Below, piece after piece: positions 7,904 to 16,486 of a stretch of 32,000 nucleotides of DNA (its first letter is position 1; the number at the start of each line of letters is the position of its first letter). Both the position numbers and the translations under genes were made by a program. Below the pieces are notes generated by a model. The model was not told where the DNA came from and did not search any database. It saw only the letters and a program-made list of their open reading frames with translations. Source of the stretch: Candidatus Sericytochromatia bacterium (GTDB lineage: Bacteria; Cyanobacteriota; Sericytochromatia; S15B-MN24; JAQBPE01); NCBI GenBank assembly GCA_036675505.1, contig JAKFEW010000135.1, forward strand, positions 42,686-74,685, given 5' to 3'.

Positions 7904-8050
7904 GCGTGCCTCGTTTCGGGTCGCCCGATCATACCACCGGCCGCCCGGCGACGGGCTTGCAGGCCGACTTTCCCGTATCTTAACTACCAATTAACGCAGG
8001 TTTTCCACGCGGCACGGCGATATTCAGGTTGTAACCCCGAGGAGAGCCCC

Positions 8051-8890
8051 ATGCGTATGATGACCGTAGGGAACCAGCGTCGCTGGATCGCCAAGCTCGT
8101 GACCATCGCCTTCTGCGCGACCGCCCTGTCGCTGACGGGCTGCGGCTCGTCGCCCACGGCGCCAGCCGCCGTCCAGCGCGCGCGCTCGTCCAAGGTGGTG
8201 AACCTGCCGGTCGTCGGTGGCCCTTCCACCTTCGAGGCCGTGGGTGTCGCGCAGCCCAAGCGGCCGACCACCGGCACGCAGGCGGGCGGCGCCGGCGCTG
8301 CCTACCAGGACACGGGCGCCAAGCCGGCCACGGGCGCCGGGGCCGCCGCCACGGGGCAGCTCGAGGCCGCGATCGTGACCGAGAAGAATGGCTCGCTCTT
8401 CGGCATGGGCACCTACAAGTGCACCGTCGAAGTGACCAACCCGACCGACCACCGCCTGACCGGCAACGTGACCGTGACCTTCATGAACAAGGACAAGCCT
8501 TCGAAGACCGAGCCGGCCGTCCGCCCGGTCGACGTGCCTGCCAACGGCGCGATCACGCTCGAGTTCGAAGACAAGAAGTGGAGCACCGACAACGCGGAGG
8601 TGGAGGTCGCGACCAACGCCGCGCCGCCCGGCGGGCTCGTTGCGGCGGTAATCAAGACCAAGAACGGCATCGTCTTCGGCATGGGCAAGTTCAAGACCAC
8701 CGTCGAGGTCACCAACCCGACTGGCGCCACGAAGAGCGGCACGCTGGTCGTGACGTTCACCAACAAGGGCGAGCCGGTCGAAGGGTCGCCGATCAAGCAG
8801 GAGCTCACGCTCGACGCCGGCGAGACGCAGACGTTCGACTTCGAGGACAAGCACTGGAAGACGGACGGCGTCGAAGCCGACATCGAGTGA
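8051..8890 (+). CDS. Lipoprotein with two tandem beta-sandwich-like repeat domains of about 85 aa each
   Basis: GAGGAG lies upstream of ATG 8051. Signal peptide plus lipobox LSLTGC. Internal duplication: NGSLFGMGTYKCTVEVTNPTDHRLTGNVTVTF...EFEDKKWSTD versus NGIVFGMGKFKTTVEVTNPTGATKSGTLVVTF...DFEDKHWKTD. The 1007-aa track ORF is an antisense extension over recD2. Confidence 0.8.
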   Translation: MRMMTVGNQRRWIAKLVTIAFCATALSLTGCGSSPTAPAAVQRARSSKVVNLPVVGGPSTFEAVGVAQPKRPTTGTQAGGAGAAYQDTGAKPATGAGAAATGQLEAAIVTEKNGSLFGMGTYKCTVEVTNPTDHRLTGNVTVTFMNKDKPSKTEPAVRPVDVPANGAITLEFEDKKWSTDNAEVEVATNAAPPGGLVAAVIKTKNGIVFGMGKFKTTVEVTNPTGATKSGTLVVTFTNKGEPVEGSPIKQELTLDAGETQTFDFEDKHWKTDGVEADIE

Positions 8891-8893
8891 GCG

Positions 8894-10006
8894 TCAGGGT
8901 TTCAGGCGCTCAGCGAGGAAATCCAGGCCGGCCGTGAGGCCGGCCTCGTCTCTGTGACCGAAGCCCACGCGCAGGGTGCCCGGGAAGCCTACCGTGGTGC
9001 CGGGGATCGCCATCACGCGCGCATCCTGGTACCAGGCGTCGGCCAGCGCCAGGTCGTCGAGCGGCGTGCCGTCGGCCAGGCCCAACAAGAAGCAGGCCGC
9101 GTAGGGCGAGGGCTCGCCGGCGAGCCACGGACGGGCGGCCAACCATTCCAGGAGGACCGCGCGGTTGCGCGTGACGACGGCGCGGTTCGCGGCTGCGAGG
9201 TCCGCCCGCGCAGGCCAGAGCGACCGCACGGCCGCCGTGGCCGGGCCGGCCAGGGCGAGCGAGACCTGCTCGCGCCAGACCAGGGCTGCGGCGAGCACCG
9301 CCGGATCGCCCGCCAACCAGCCCACGCGGGTGCCGGGCAGCGCCCACGACTTGGAGGTGGAGTCCGAGGACACCACGCGGTGCGGGCCGACCAGCGTCAG
9401 CACCGCCGGCGGCGGCGCGGCCTCGCCGGCGCCGCGATAGACCTCGTCGACCAGCAGGTGGGCGCGCGGGTGGGCGCGCACGCGGTCGACGACGGCGCGC
9501 AGGGCGTCCGGGGCCGCGACCCGGCCGGTGGGGTTGTGGGGTGAGTTCAGCGCGACGACGCGCGTGGCCGGCGTCATGAGCGCCTGGAGGGCCGCCGGGT
9601 CAATCGCCGCACCGGGCGTCGCCGGCAGGCACCAGGGCACGACCGTGGCGCCCGTCGCCGCGGCCACACAGGCCAGCTGCGGGTAGGATGGCGCCTGCAC
9701 GATCGCCTCGTCGCCCGGCCCGAGCAAGGTCATGAGCGCCAGGAAGTTGGCCTCGACCGCGCCCGCGGCCAGCAGCACCTGGCCTGGCCCGGCAAGCCCG
9801 AGATCGGCCGCGATCAGGGCGCGCAGCGCCGGATCGCCCGCCGGCTCGTCGTAGCCCCAGTCGATCTCGCGCGCCCAGCCCAGCGGCAGCCAGGCCGCGA
9901 GTTCCGCGGGCGCCCAGGCCGTCGCGGCCGTCGAAGCCAGCGAGAGCGTGTGCGGACCCGGCCGGGCCGTGAACCAACGTTCGAGCGGAGATGGATCGAG
10001 GCGCAT
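8894..10006 (-). CDS. PLP-dependent aminotransferase, class I/II
   Basis: Motifs ALNSPHNPTG and SDSTSKSWALPGTRVGW (PLP lysine). Length 370 aa. Confidence 0.85.
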   Translation of the reverse strand: MRLDPSPLERWFTARPGPHTLSLASTAATAWAPAELAAWLPLGWAREIDWGYDEPAGDPALRALIAADLGLAGPGQVLLAAGAVEANFLALMTLLGPGDEAIVQAPSYPQLACVAAATGATVVPWCLPATPGAAIDPAALQALMTPATRVVALNSPHNPTGRVAAPDALRAVVDRVRAHPRAHLLVDEVYRGAGEAAPPPAVLTLVGPHRVVSSDSTSKSWALPGTRVGWLAGDPAVLAAALVWREQVSLALAGPATAAVRSLWPARADLAAANRAVVTRNRAVLLEWLAARPWLAGEPSPYAACFLLGLADGTPLDDLALADAWYQDARVMAIPGTTVGFPGTLRVGFGHRDEAGLTAGLDFLAERLKP

Positions 10007-10057
10007 GGCGCACCAGCAGAACCGGGCGAACTACGGATGTCAAGCGCGGGTGGCGTC

Positions 10058-10074
10058 TGTAACATAGCGTTACA
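10058..10074. promoter_or_regulatory. Inverted repeat TGTAAC-N5-GTTACA in a divergent intergenic region (candidate operator)
   Basis: Read directly from the sequence. It lies between the aminotransferase start (10006, minus) and the dksA-like start (10124, plus). Confidence 0.3.
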
Positions 10075-10123
10075 TCGGTCGACGGGGTCATGAGGTGGGC
10101 GAACGCGCCCCAGGGAGAGCGTT

Positions 10124-10495
10124 ATGGCGAAGTTCGAACAGTTCAAGGTGCGGCTCGAAGATGAGAAGCGCCGCCTGGAGCGCATGATTGCCAACCGCCG
10201 GGACAGCGTCAGCAGCCAAAAGTCGATGGGCATCAACGAGTCCTTCTCGAACTCCGGCGACGACGAGTATGCGGACGCGGCGACCGATACGTTCAACCAG
10301 GAGCTCGATATGACGATGCTGAACAAGTACAAGTTCCGCATCACGCGCGTCGACGATGCGCTCTCGCGCCTGGCGGAAGGCTCCTACGGCACGTGCGTGC
10401 GTTGCCACCAGAAGATCTCGGAAGGGCGGCTCGAGGCCGTTCCCGATACCAGCTATTGCCGCGACTGCGAAGCCGAGGTCGAGGTCCAGGACTGA
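10124..10495 (+). CDS. DksA/TraR-family C4 zinc-finger protein
   Basis: C-terminal CVRC-x17-CRDC zinc finger preceded by a coiled-coil region. Length 123 aa. GGGAGAG lies upstream of the ATG. Confidence 0.85.
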   Translation: MAKFEQFKVRLEDEKRRLERMIANRRDSVSSQKSMGINESFSNSGDDEYADAATDTFNQELDMTMLNKYKFRITRVDDALSRLAEGSYGTCVRCHQKISEGRLEAVPDTSYCRDCEAEVEVQD

Positions 10496-10509
10496 GGCGA
10501 CGTGCACCT

Positions 10510-10544
10510 GACGGGGGGCCGGGACGGGCCCCCCGTCTTTTCTT
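10510..10544 (+). terminator. Rho-independent terminator after the dksA-like gene
   Basis: An 11-bp stem GACGGGGGGCC / GGCCCCCCGTC with a 6-nt loop, followed by TTTTCTT. Confidence 0.75.
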
Positions 10545-10647
10545 GGAAACTTTGGCGGGAAACCGCAAGGGCCGCTCGCCATACGACTTCGCGCAAGCTC
10601 GCACCGCCTTGCTCGCGCTTACGCGCGGATTCGCGGACGCCCGGCCG

Positions 10648-11439
10648 TCAGGCGCGCGCCAGATACGCGGCACGGTAGGTCTCGGGACCGACCGGCGTGA
10701 AGCCCTGGGCCTCGTACGCCTCGAGCAGCTCGAAGCCGGCCTCCGCGAGCAGCGCGCGCACCGTCGCGTCGTCGTAGCCGCGCGCCGTGTGGGTGATATC
10801 GATCCGCCGCCAGGTCGCGGGATCGTCGGCCTCCGGCGCGAAGTACGTGGCCTGCAACGTCGCGATCCCGCTCGTGCCGTCGTAGCGTGAACGCCAGAAT
10901 CGGGCGTAATTCTCGGCCAGGTGCGAATCCTCAGCGTTGCCCCAGACGCTCGCGTACGCGTGCGGCGTGTTGACGTCGAAGAAGAACAGGCCGCCTGGCG
11001 CGAGGATGCGCCGGATGCCCATCAGGGCGCGGCGGAAGTCGGTGGGAACCGTAAGGTGGTTCAGGCTGTCGTAGAGACATGTAACGAGGTCGAAGCCACC
11101 CTCGGGGAAGCCCGGCCAGCGCTCGGGCAGGTCCGCCAGGTCGGCCTGGAGCCAGTTCACGTCCACCTTCCACCGCTCCGCGCGCGCCCGTGCGCGCGCC
11201 AGCATCGCCGCCGAGCCGTCGATGCCGGTCACGCGGAACTTGCGGCGCGCGAGCGCCACGGCGGCCGCGCCGGTGCCACAGGCCAGATCTGCGATCCGGA
11301 TCGGCTTGATACGGCGCAGCGCCAGGATCTCCAGCAGATAGCCGATCATCTTGAGGCTGAAACGGCTCTGGCCGCTTATGTCATAGACCGCGGCGAGCGA
11401 ATCGTACATGTCCGCGCCGGGCGGTGGTTTAACGTCCAT
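10648..11439 (-). CDS. Class I SAM-dependent methyltransferase
   Basis: Motif I IADLACGTGAAAVALA, motif II-like FDLVTCLYDSLNHL, and post-I/III LAPGGLFFFD. An alternative start is ATG 11409 (MYDSLAAVYD). Confidence 0.8.
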   Translation of the reverse strand: MDVKPPPGADMYDSLAAVYDISGQSRFSLKMIGYLLEILALRRIKPIRIADLACGTGAAAVALARRKFRVTGIDGSAAMLARARARAERWKVDVNWLQADLADLPERWPGFPEGGFDLVTCLYDSLNHLTVPTDFRRALMGIRRILAPGGLFFFDVNTPHAYASVWGNAEDSHLAENYARFWRSRYDGTSGIATLQATYFAPEADDPATWRRIDITHTARGYDDATVRALLAEAGFELLEAYEAQGFTPVGPETYRAAYLARA

Positions 11440-11784
11440 TTAACCCGCGAGGCCATTTCGTCGGCGTAACAACTGGTTTCCAGTCTTTACAAAACATGAG
11501 ACGGAGATCACAAATAAATCAAGTCAGGACGCAAGCCCAGGGGAAAGAGGAGGTATATAGAGCTTACCTGGTTTATTAAATCCTGGTAAAACAGAAGTCA
11601 AATCCGTTTTATACGCGAGTAAACACGAGATAATCGGCCCCGGCCAAGCGAGCCGTGGCGAAATCTGGCCAAAAACGACGAAATTCGCGGTTAGGTTCTG
11701 ACCACGGCGGAACCCTACAATAGAAGGGTCCGAAACGAAGAAATCTCTGCCCGTGTAGGCGGGTGGATTTAGGAGGTAAATCTC

Positions 11785-12849
<1,065 letters not shown>

Positions 12850-12855
12850 CGCTCG

Positions 12856-13009
12856 GTTTTGAGATTTGAGTGTTGAGTTTTGAGTTCAATACTCGACCTC
12901 GGCCCCGCCAACTGCGAAGCCCTCTCACCATCACGGTGAGAGGGCTTCCTTACATCCAGCCGGGCCCGGCGCCCTGCCAACTCAAATCTCAAAACTCAAA
13001 TCTCAAAAC
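12856..13009. repeat. 154-bp element: 31-bp inverted arms built from TTTGAG-type repeats, flanking a central 14-bp hairpin (MITE-like or REP-like)
   Basis: Left arm is GTTTTGAGATTTGAGTGTTGAGTTTTGAGTT (12856-12886). The reverse complement of the right arm (12979-13009) is GTTTTGAGATTTGAGTTTTGAGATTTGAGTT. The arms match at 29 of 31 positions. Confidence 0.8.
12916..12948. terminator. Strong hairpin between the convergent sigma and methyltransferase-like genes (likely terminator, poor U-tract)
   Basis: A 14-bp perfect stem GAAGCCCTCTCACC / GGTGAGAGGGCTTC with loop ATCAC. Only CTT follows on the plus strand, and there is no T-run on the minus strand. Confidence 0.5.
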
Positions 13010-13014
13010 GACCA

Positions 13015-13683
13015 CTAATCAGAAGCAGGCTTGCGACCCACCAACAGGCAGCTCTGCTTGCCCCAGGTGTGCGTCCAGCGGCGGTGGAACTCGATCGTGA
13101 AGTAGGTGCTCATCTTGCGCCGCACCTCGTTCAGCGCCTGCTGGGCGCGCGACTCGCGGCGGCCGAAGAAGAGCATCTGGACGAGCCGGTCACGGATGCT
13201 CTCGAGCCCGGTGCTGACGTCGTGCCAGTAAACCTTGCCTTCCGGCTTGGTCACGCGCCAGAGTTCGTCGAGCACCTGATCGACTTGTGGAAAGCGCTCG
13301 TAAGAGCCAAAGGCGATCACGAGATCGAAATAGCCGTCCGGGTAGGGGATCGCGACCTGGTTCAGGCGAAAGAACATCATGTTCTTCTGCTCGGCCTGCT
13401 GCATGAGCTTCTCGGCACGCTGGAGCGTGGCGTACGAGAAGTCGATCGCCACGAGTTCGCCCGAGCGTGCGAGCTGATCCGCCATGCCCGCGGTGAAAGC
13501 CGTGTTGTTGCTGCCGAGGTAGAGGATGCGATCGCCCGGCCGGATCGGCGCCGAGCGGAGGACTGCCTCATGCATTCGGTACAGGTGGTGCCGCATCCGG
13601 GTCGCTTTCGGGTTGGGGGCTCGTAGGGTCGACGGGCAACCGACGGTGCGGGAATTATACCCGGACCCGCCGCCGATGTTCAT
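13015..13683 (-). CDS. Methyltransferase-fold-like protein with a degenerate SAM-binding motif I
   Basis: The layout resembles class I MTases (RILYLGSNNTAF..., VAIDFS, YPDGYFDLVIAFGS, WRVTKPEGKVYW), but the GxGxG motif is replaced by GSNNTA. The start is uncertain: 13683 or ATG 13596 (MRHHLYRMHEAV). Confidence 0.65.
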   Translation of the reverse strand: MNIGGGSGYNSRTVGCPSTLRAPNPKATRMRHHLYRMHEAVLRSAPIRPGDRILYLGSNNTAFTAGMADQLARSGELVAIDFSYATLQRAEKLMQQAEQKNMMFFRLNQVAIPYPDGYFDLVIAFGSYERFPQVDQVLDELWRVTKPEGKVYWHDVSTGLESIRDRLVQMLFFGRRESRAQQALNEVRRKMSTYFTIEFHRRWTHTWGKQSCLLVGRKPASD

Positions 13684-13931
13684 CCGGAAAGTTCACGCGG
13701 TCGCAACATTGGTGTAAGCGGAGCGCCACGTGTGGGGACGAGCACCGGGGTACGATACGGCCAGGAGAAAGCACCGGCGGCGAGCGCAGGAAGCTGGAAT
13801 CGAGCAGGCGAACACCACGCTATGGCTCAAATTTGGGTACAATTGAAGTAGAGCATTGGTCGCTCGCGACCGGCCCGGCTCTTATCTCTTCGAGAGCCCG
13901 GCACGCCCCCGGTGGCTGAAGGAGTTACAAC

Positions 13932-14645
13932 ATGGCCAAGATCCTCGTCGTCGATGACGACCCGAACATCCGTCTGCTGCTTCAGAAGCAGCTCGAGCTC
14001 GAAGGCTACAAGGTGATCACCGCCGCTGGGGGCGAGTCGGCAATCGCCCTGGCGCGCCGCGAGCGCCCCGACCTGGTGCTGCTCGACCTCATGATGCCGG
14101 ACATCGACGGCCTCGAGGTCTGCCGTACGCTCCGCCAGGAGATGGTGATCCCGATCATCATGCTCACGGCCAAGGGCACCGACACCGACAAGGTGGTCGG
14201 CCTGACGATCGGTGCGGATGAGTACATCACCAAGCCCTTCAGCCTGATCGAGCTGACCGCCCGCGTGAAGGCGAACCTCCGCCGCGTCGATCGCCTCAAG
14301 CGCTCGATGGTGGAGTCGCCCAACCGCATCCAGATCGACGACCTGGTGATCGACACCGAGCAGCACGTGGTCCTCTACAACGAGGAGCCGATCGACTTGC
14401 CGCACAAGGAGTACAGCCTGCTGCACCTCCTCGTGACGAACCTCAGCAAGGCCATCAGCCGCGACAGCATCCTGTACCGCGTCTGGGGCGACGACTTCTT
14501 CGGCGACGACCGCGTGGTGGACGTCCACATCTGCCGCCTGCGGGAGAAGCTCGACCGCCTCGAGAACTGCCCGATCGAGATCCAGACCGTCCGCGGCGTC
14601 GGCTACCGCTGCGCCAAGGTCAAGGCCGCGGCGAACGCCAAGTAA
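13932..14645 (+). CDS. OmpR/PhoB-family response regulator (receiver plus winged-helix domain). No histidine kinase gene is adjacent.
   Basis: GAAGGAG SD. ILVVDDD, acceptor region LVLLDLMMPDIDG, ITKPF, and C-terminal VDVHICRLREKL...IQTVRGVGY. Confidence 0.9.
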   Translation: MAKILVVDDDPNIRLLLQKQLELEGYKVITAAGGESAIALARRERPDLVLLDLMMPDIDGLEVCRTLRQEMVIPIIMLTAKGTDTDKVVGLTIGADEYITKPFSLIELTARVKANLRRVDRLKRSMVESPNRIQIDDLVIDTEQHVVLYNEEPIDLPHKEYSLLHLLVTNLSKAISRDSILYRVWGDDFFGDDRVVDVHICRLREKLDRLENCPIEIQTVRGVGYRCAKVKAAANAK

Positions 14646-14664
14646 GGCTCGGGAGTTTCAATCG

Positions 14665-14700
14665 AACGGGCCCGGCATCCGCCGGGCCCGTTTCACATTG
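14665..14700 (+). terminator. Hairpin terminator after the response regulator
   Basis: A 12-bp stem AACGGGCCCGGC / GCCGGGCCCGTT with loop ATCC, then TCACATTGTT (weak U-tract). Confidence 0.6.
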
Positions 14701-14747
14701 TTGATGGGTATGAGCGAACCAATCCCACGCTCGCGCCGGAGGTCCCT

Positions 14748-15413
14748 ATGCTCGCCACACGCTTGACCGCGTCCCTGATCCTTCTTGCCATAGCCACCTC
14801 GCCCGCCGCGCTCTCCGGCTGCGCCTGGTTCATGCGCAAGGCCGAGCCGCAGGCCCAGGTCGATCGGACGCCGGAGCCGCCGCGCGCTGACGGCAAGCTC
14901 GTGACCACCGGTGGCCAGCACGCCACCTGGGTGGATCTGAAGGTGCGGCCGCTCGGTGCCTGGAACTTCGACGCGGCGCCTTTCACCATGGTCCGGAGTG
15001 ACGCGACGGTGAGCCCGCGCGAGTCCGTGTGGACCATTTTGTGCGAGAATCGGGCCGGACGGGCCACGAACCTCGTGTTCCGGCTCGCGGATCCCATGTT
15101 GACGATGGGCAAGAAGTTCAACGTGATGGATCCGCGCGGCCTGCCGCTGGAGCCGCCCCTCGCCACGGCCGAAATCCACCAGGCCGTGACGCCCGGCGAC
15201 GCCTCGGCCTTCCGGGTGTGGGTGGCGTCGCCTCGCAACGAGGCGATCGAGGTGACCGAGGTGGGCCCGGCCTCCCGGGTGATGCTCACCGTGGATCTCG
15301 TGTTCGCGGCCGGCCCGAAGGAGACGCATGCCCCCACCGGCACCTTCGGGCTGCAGGGCACGGTCACCATCTACTCCCTCCGGCCGGTGGCCGGCCTTGG
15401 ACGGCTCATGTAA
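14748..15413 (+). CDS. Hypothetical lipoprotein (221 aa)
   Basis: GGAGG lies 5 nt upstream of the ATG. Signal peptide plus lipobox AALSGC, and high GC3. I recognise no family. Confidence 0.7.
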   Translation: MLATRLTASLILLAIATSPAALSGCAWFMRKAEPQAQVDRTPEPPRADGKLVTTGGQHATWVDLKVRPLGAWNFDAAPFTMVRSDATVSPRESVWTILCENRAGRATNLVFRLADPMLTMGKKFNVMDPRGLPLEPPLATAEIHQAVTPGDASAFRVWVASPRNEAIEVTEVGPASRVMLTVDLVFAAGPKETHAPTGTFGLQGTVTIYSLRPVAGLGRLM

Positions 15414-15741
15414 CAAGGCTGGCACCCTTTTGCTCGCCCCGGTGGGGGCGGGCTCCCGCACAGCGGGTGGGCGGGGGTCTCTAACCGCGCAGCAAGGCGG
15501 GTAATTGTTTGGCATGGTATCTCGTCGACGCTTCGTACTTGGAGCATTTTGCTGCCTGTACTTTCTCTGGCCATGCCCCGCGACCGCCGCGCCTACGGTG
15601 GGAGGCCTCGGTTTATGGGACGTCGACAGCGATGCTGGCCGGGATAGTGCCTCCGCTCGTCGAGTTGGGATTGATGCCGGCACCGGGTATTTTGCTGGTG
15701 TTGAGGACCGCGCTACCTTTCGCCGCCTTGAGGTTCGAGTT

Positions 15742-16413
15742 TTGAATCCCCGATCCCGTTTGCTCGCCGCCGCCATGAGCTTGGTGCTCATGATCGCTGC
15801 ACCTGCAAGCGCCACAGTTGCCGCCGAAATGGGCCCCGCCCAGGCGTTCGTCCGCCTCCGCCAGCTCGGCGTCGCCGTCGCCCTCCCGGCGGTCGTCCCG
15901 CCTGGCTTCCGCCTCGAGCGGGTCCTCACGCCGAAGGCATGGGCCGGTCCGGCTTTCGGGCCCGCTTACGTCGCGCTTTACCGCGGCCCTGGTGGTGCCG
16001 GGTTCGCGATCGAGTCCGCTGGCACCGACCTCGGTTCCGCCGCGGAAATGGACTCCCACCCGGTCGTCGAGGTGAAGCCCAAGTTCTTCCCGCGTGCCCG
16101 CAACGTGGGCCTCTATTGGATCGGGCCGCGCAGTAACCTGCCCAAGAGCTGGGTGTCCGACTGGATCGAGGGACCAGAGCAGTTCTACCGGCTGATCGGG
16201 CCGGGGCACGTCCGGAACGATTACAACGCCGGCTGGGGTGCGACCCGCGACATCGACCAGGCCTGGGCGGTGAAGGTGTTGGATTCGATCCACGTGCTGG
16301 GATCGAAAGGCGTGCCGCGCAAGGCGAACGCAGTGGAGACGCCGCGGCCGTTCCTGACGGATTTCGACCAGGACCACCAGTGGAAGGACATACGGACGGT
16401 GCCGGTTCGGTAG
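15742..16413 (+). CDS. Hypothetical secreted protein. Possible DUF4367-like N-terminal region, at low confidence.
   Basis: The track ORF starts at 15505, but codons 15505-15741 have markedly low GC3 (ttt, gta, tct, cgt, cga, gga, gca), unlike real genes here. TTG 15742 has GAGG 8 nt upstream, and ATG 15775 gives MSLVLMIAAPASA, a signal peptide. Both starts are plausible. Confidence 0.6.
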   Translation: MNPRSRLLAAAMSLVLMIAAPASATVAAEMGPAQAFVRLRQLGVAVALPAVVPPGFRLERVLTPKAWAGPAFGPAYVALYRGPGGAGFAIESAGTDLGSAAEMDSHPVVEVKPKFFPRARNVGLYWIGPRSNLPKSWVSDWIEGPEQFYRLIGPGHVRNDYNAGWGATRDIDQAWAVKVLDSIHVLGSKGVPRKANAVETPRPFLTDFDQDHQWKDIRTVPVR

Positions 16414-16486
16414 ACCTGGCGCGGCTCTTCATCCATTCTTAAGGCAAGAATAGCTTGTACGGCCCCATAACAACTGCGGAGTTGGA

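Noticed and set aside
5867-8050. The upstream part of the 1007-aa plus-strand ORF 5867..8890
   Set aside because: It is antisense to the well-supported recD2 gene and has the Arg/His/Asp/Leu-rich composition typical of shadow frames in high-GC DNA. The real gene starts at ATG 8051, which has an SD and a lipoprotein signal peptide.
10058-10074. An NtcA/CRP-type site (TGTA...TACA)
   Set aside because: The spacing is GTA-N9-TAC rather than the canonical GTA-N8-TAC, so I report it only as a generic palindrome.
11496-11579. A 27-codon mini-ORF (MRRRSQINQVRTQAQGKEEVYRAYLVY) in the rpoD upstream region
   Set aside because: Its codon usage is AT-rich and unlike native genes, and it has no SD. It is more likely non-coding leader sequence. 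It is mentioned only within the AT-rich-region finding.
12870-13100. A 76-aa plus-strand ORF spanning the inverted-repeat element
   Set aside because: It reads through the low-complexity arms and the hairpin and into the antisense of the next gene, with no start context.
15444-15477. G-tract cluster (GGGGG-C-GGG-N12-GGG-T-GGG-C-GGGGG) as a G-quadruplex
   Set aside because: Runs of G are expected by chance in DNA this GC-rich, and one loop is 12 nt. It is much weaker than the 5664-5680 motif, so it is noted only within the spacer finding.
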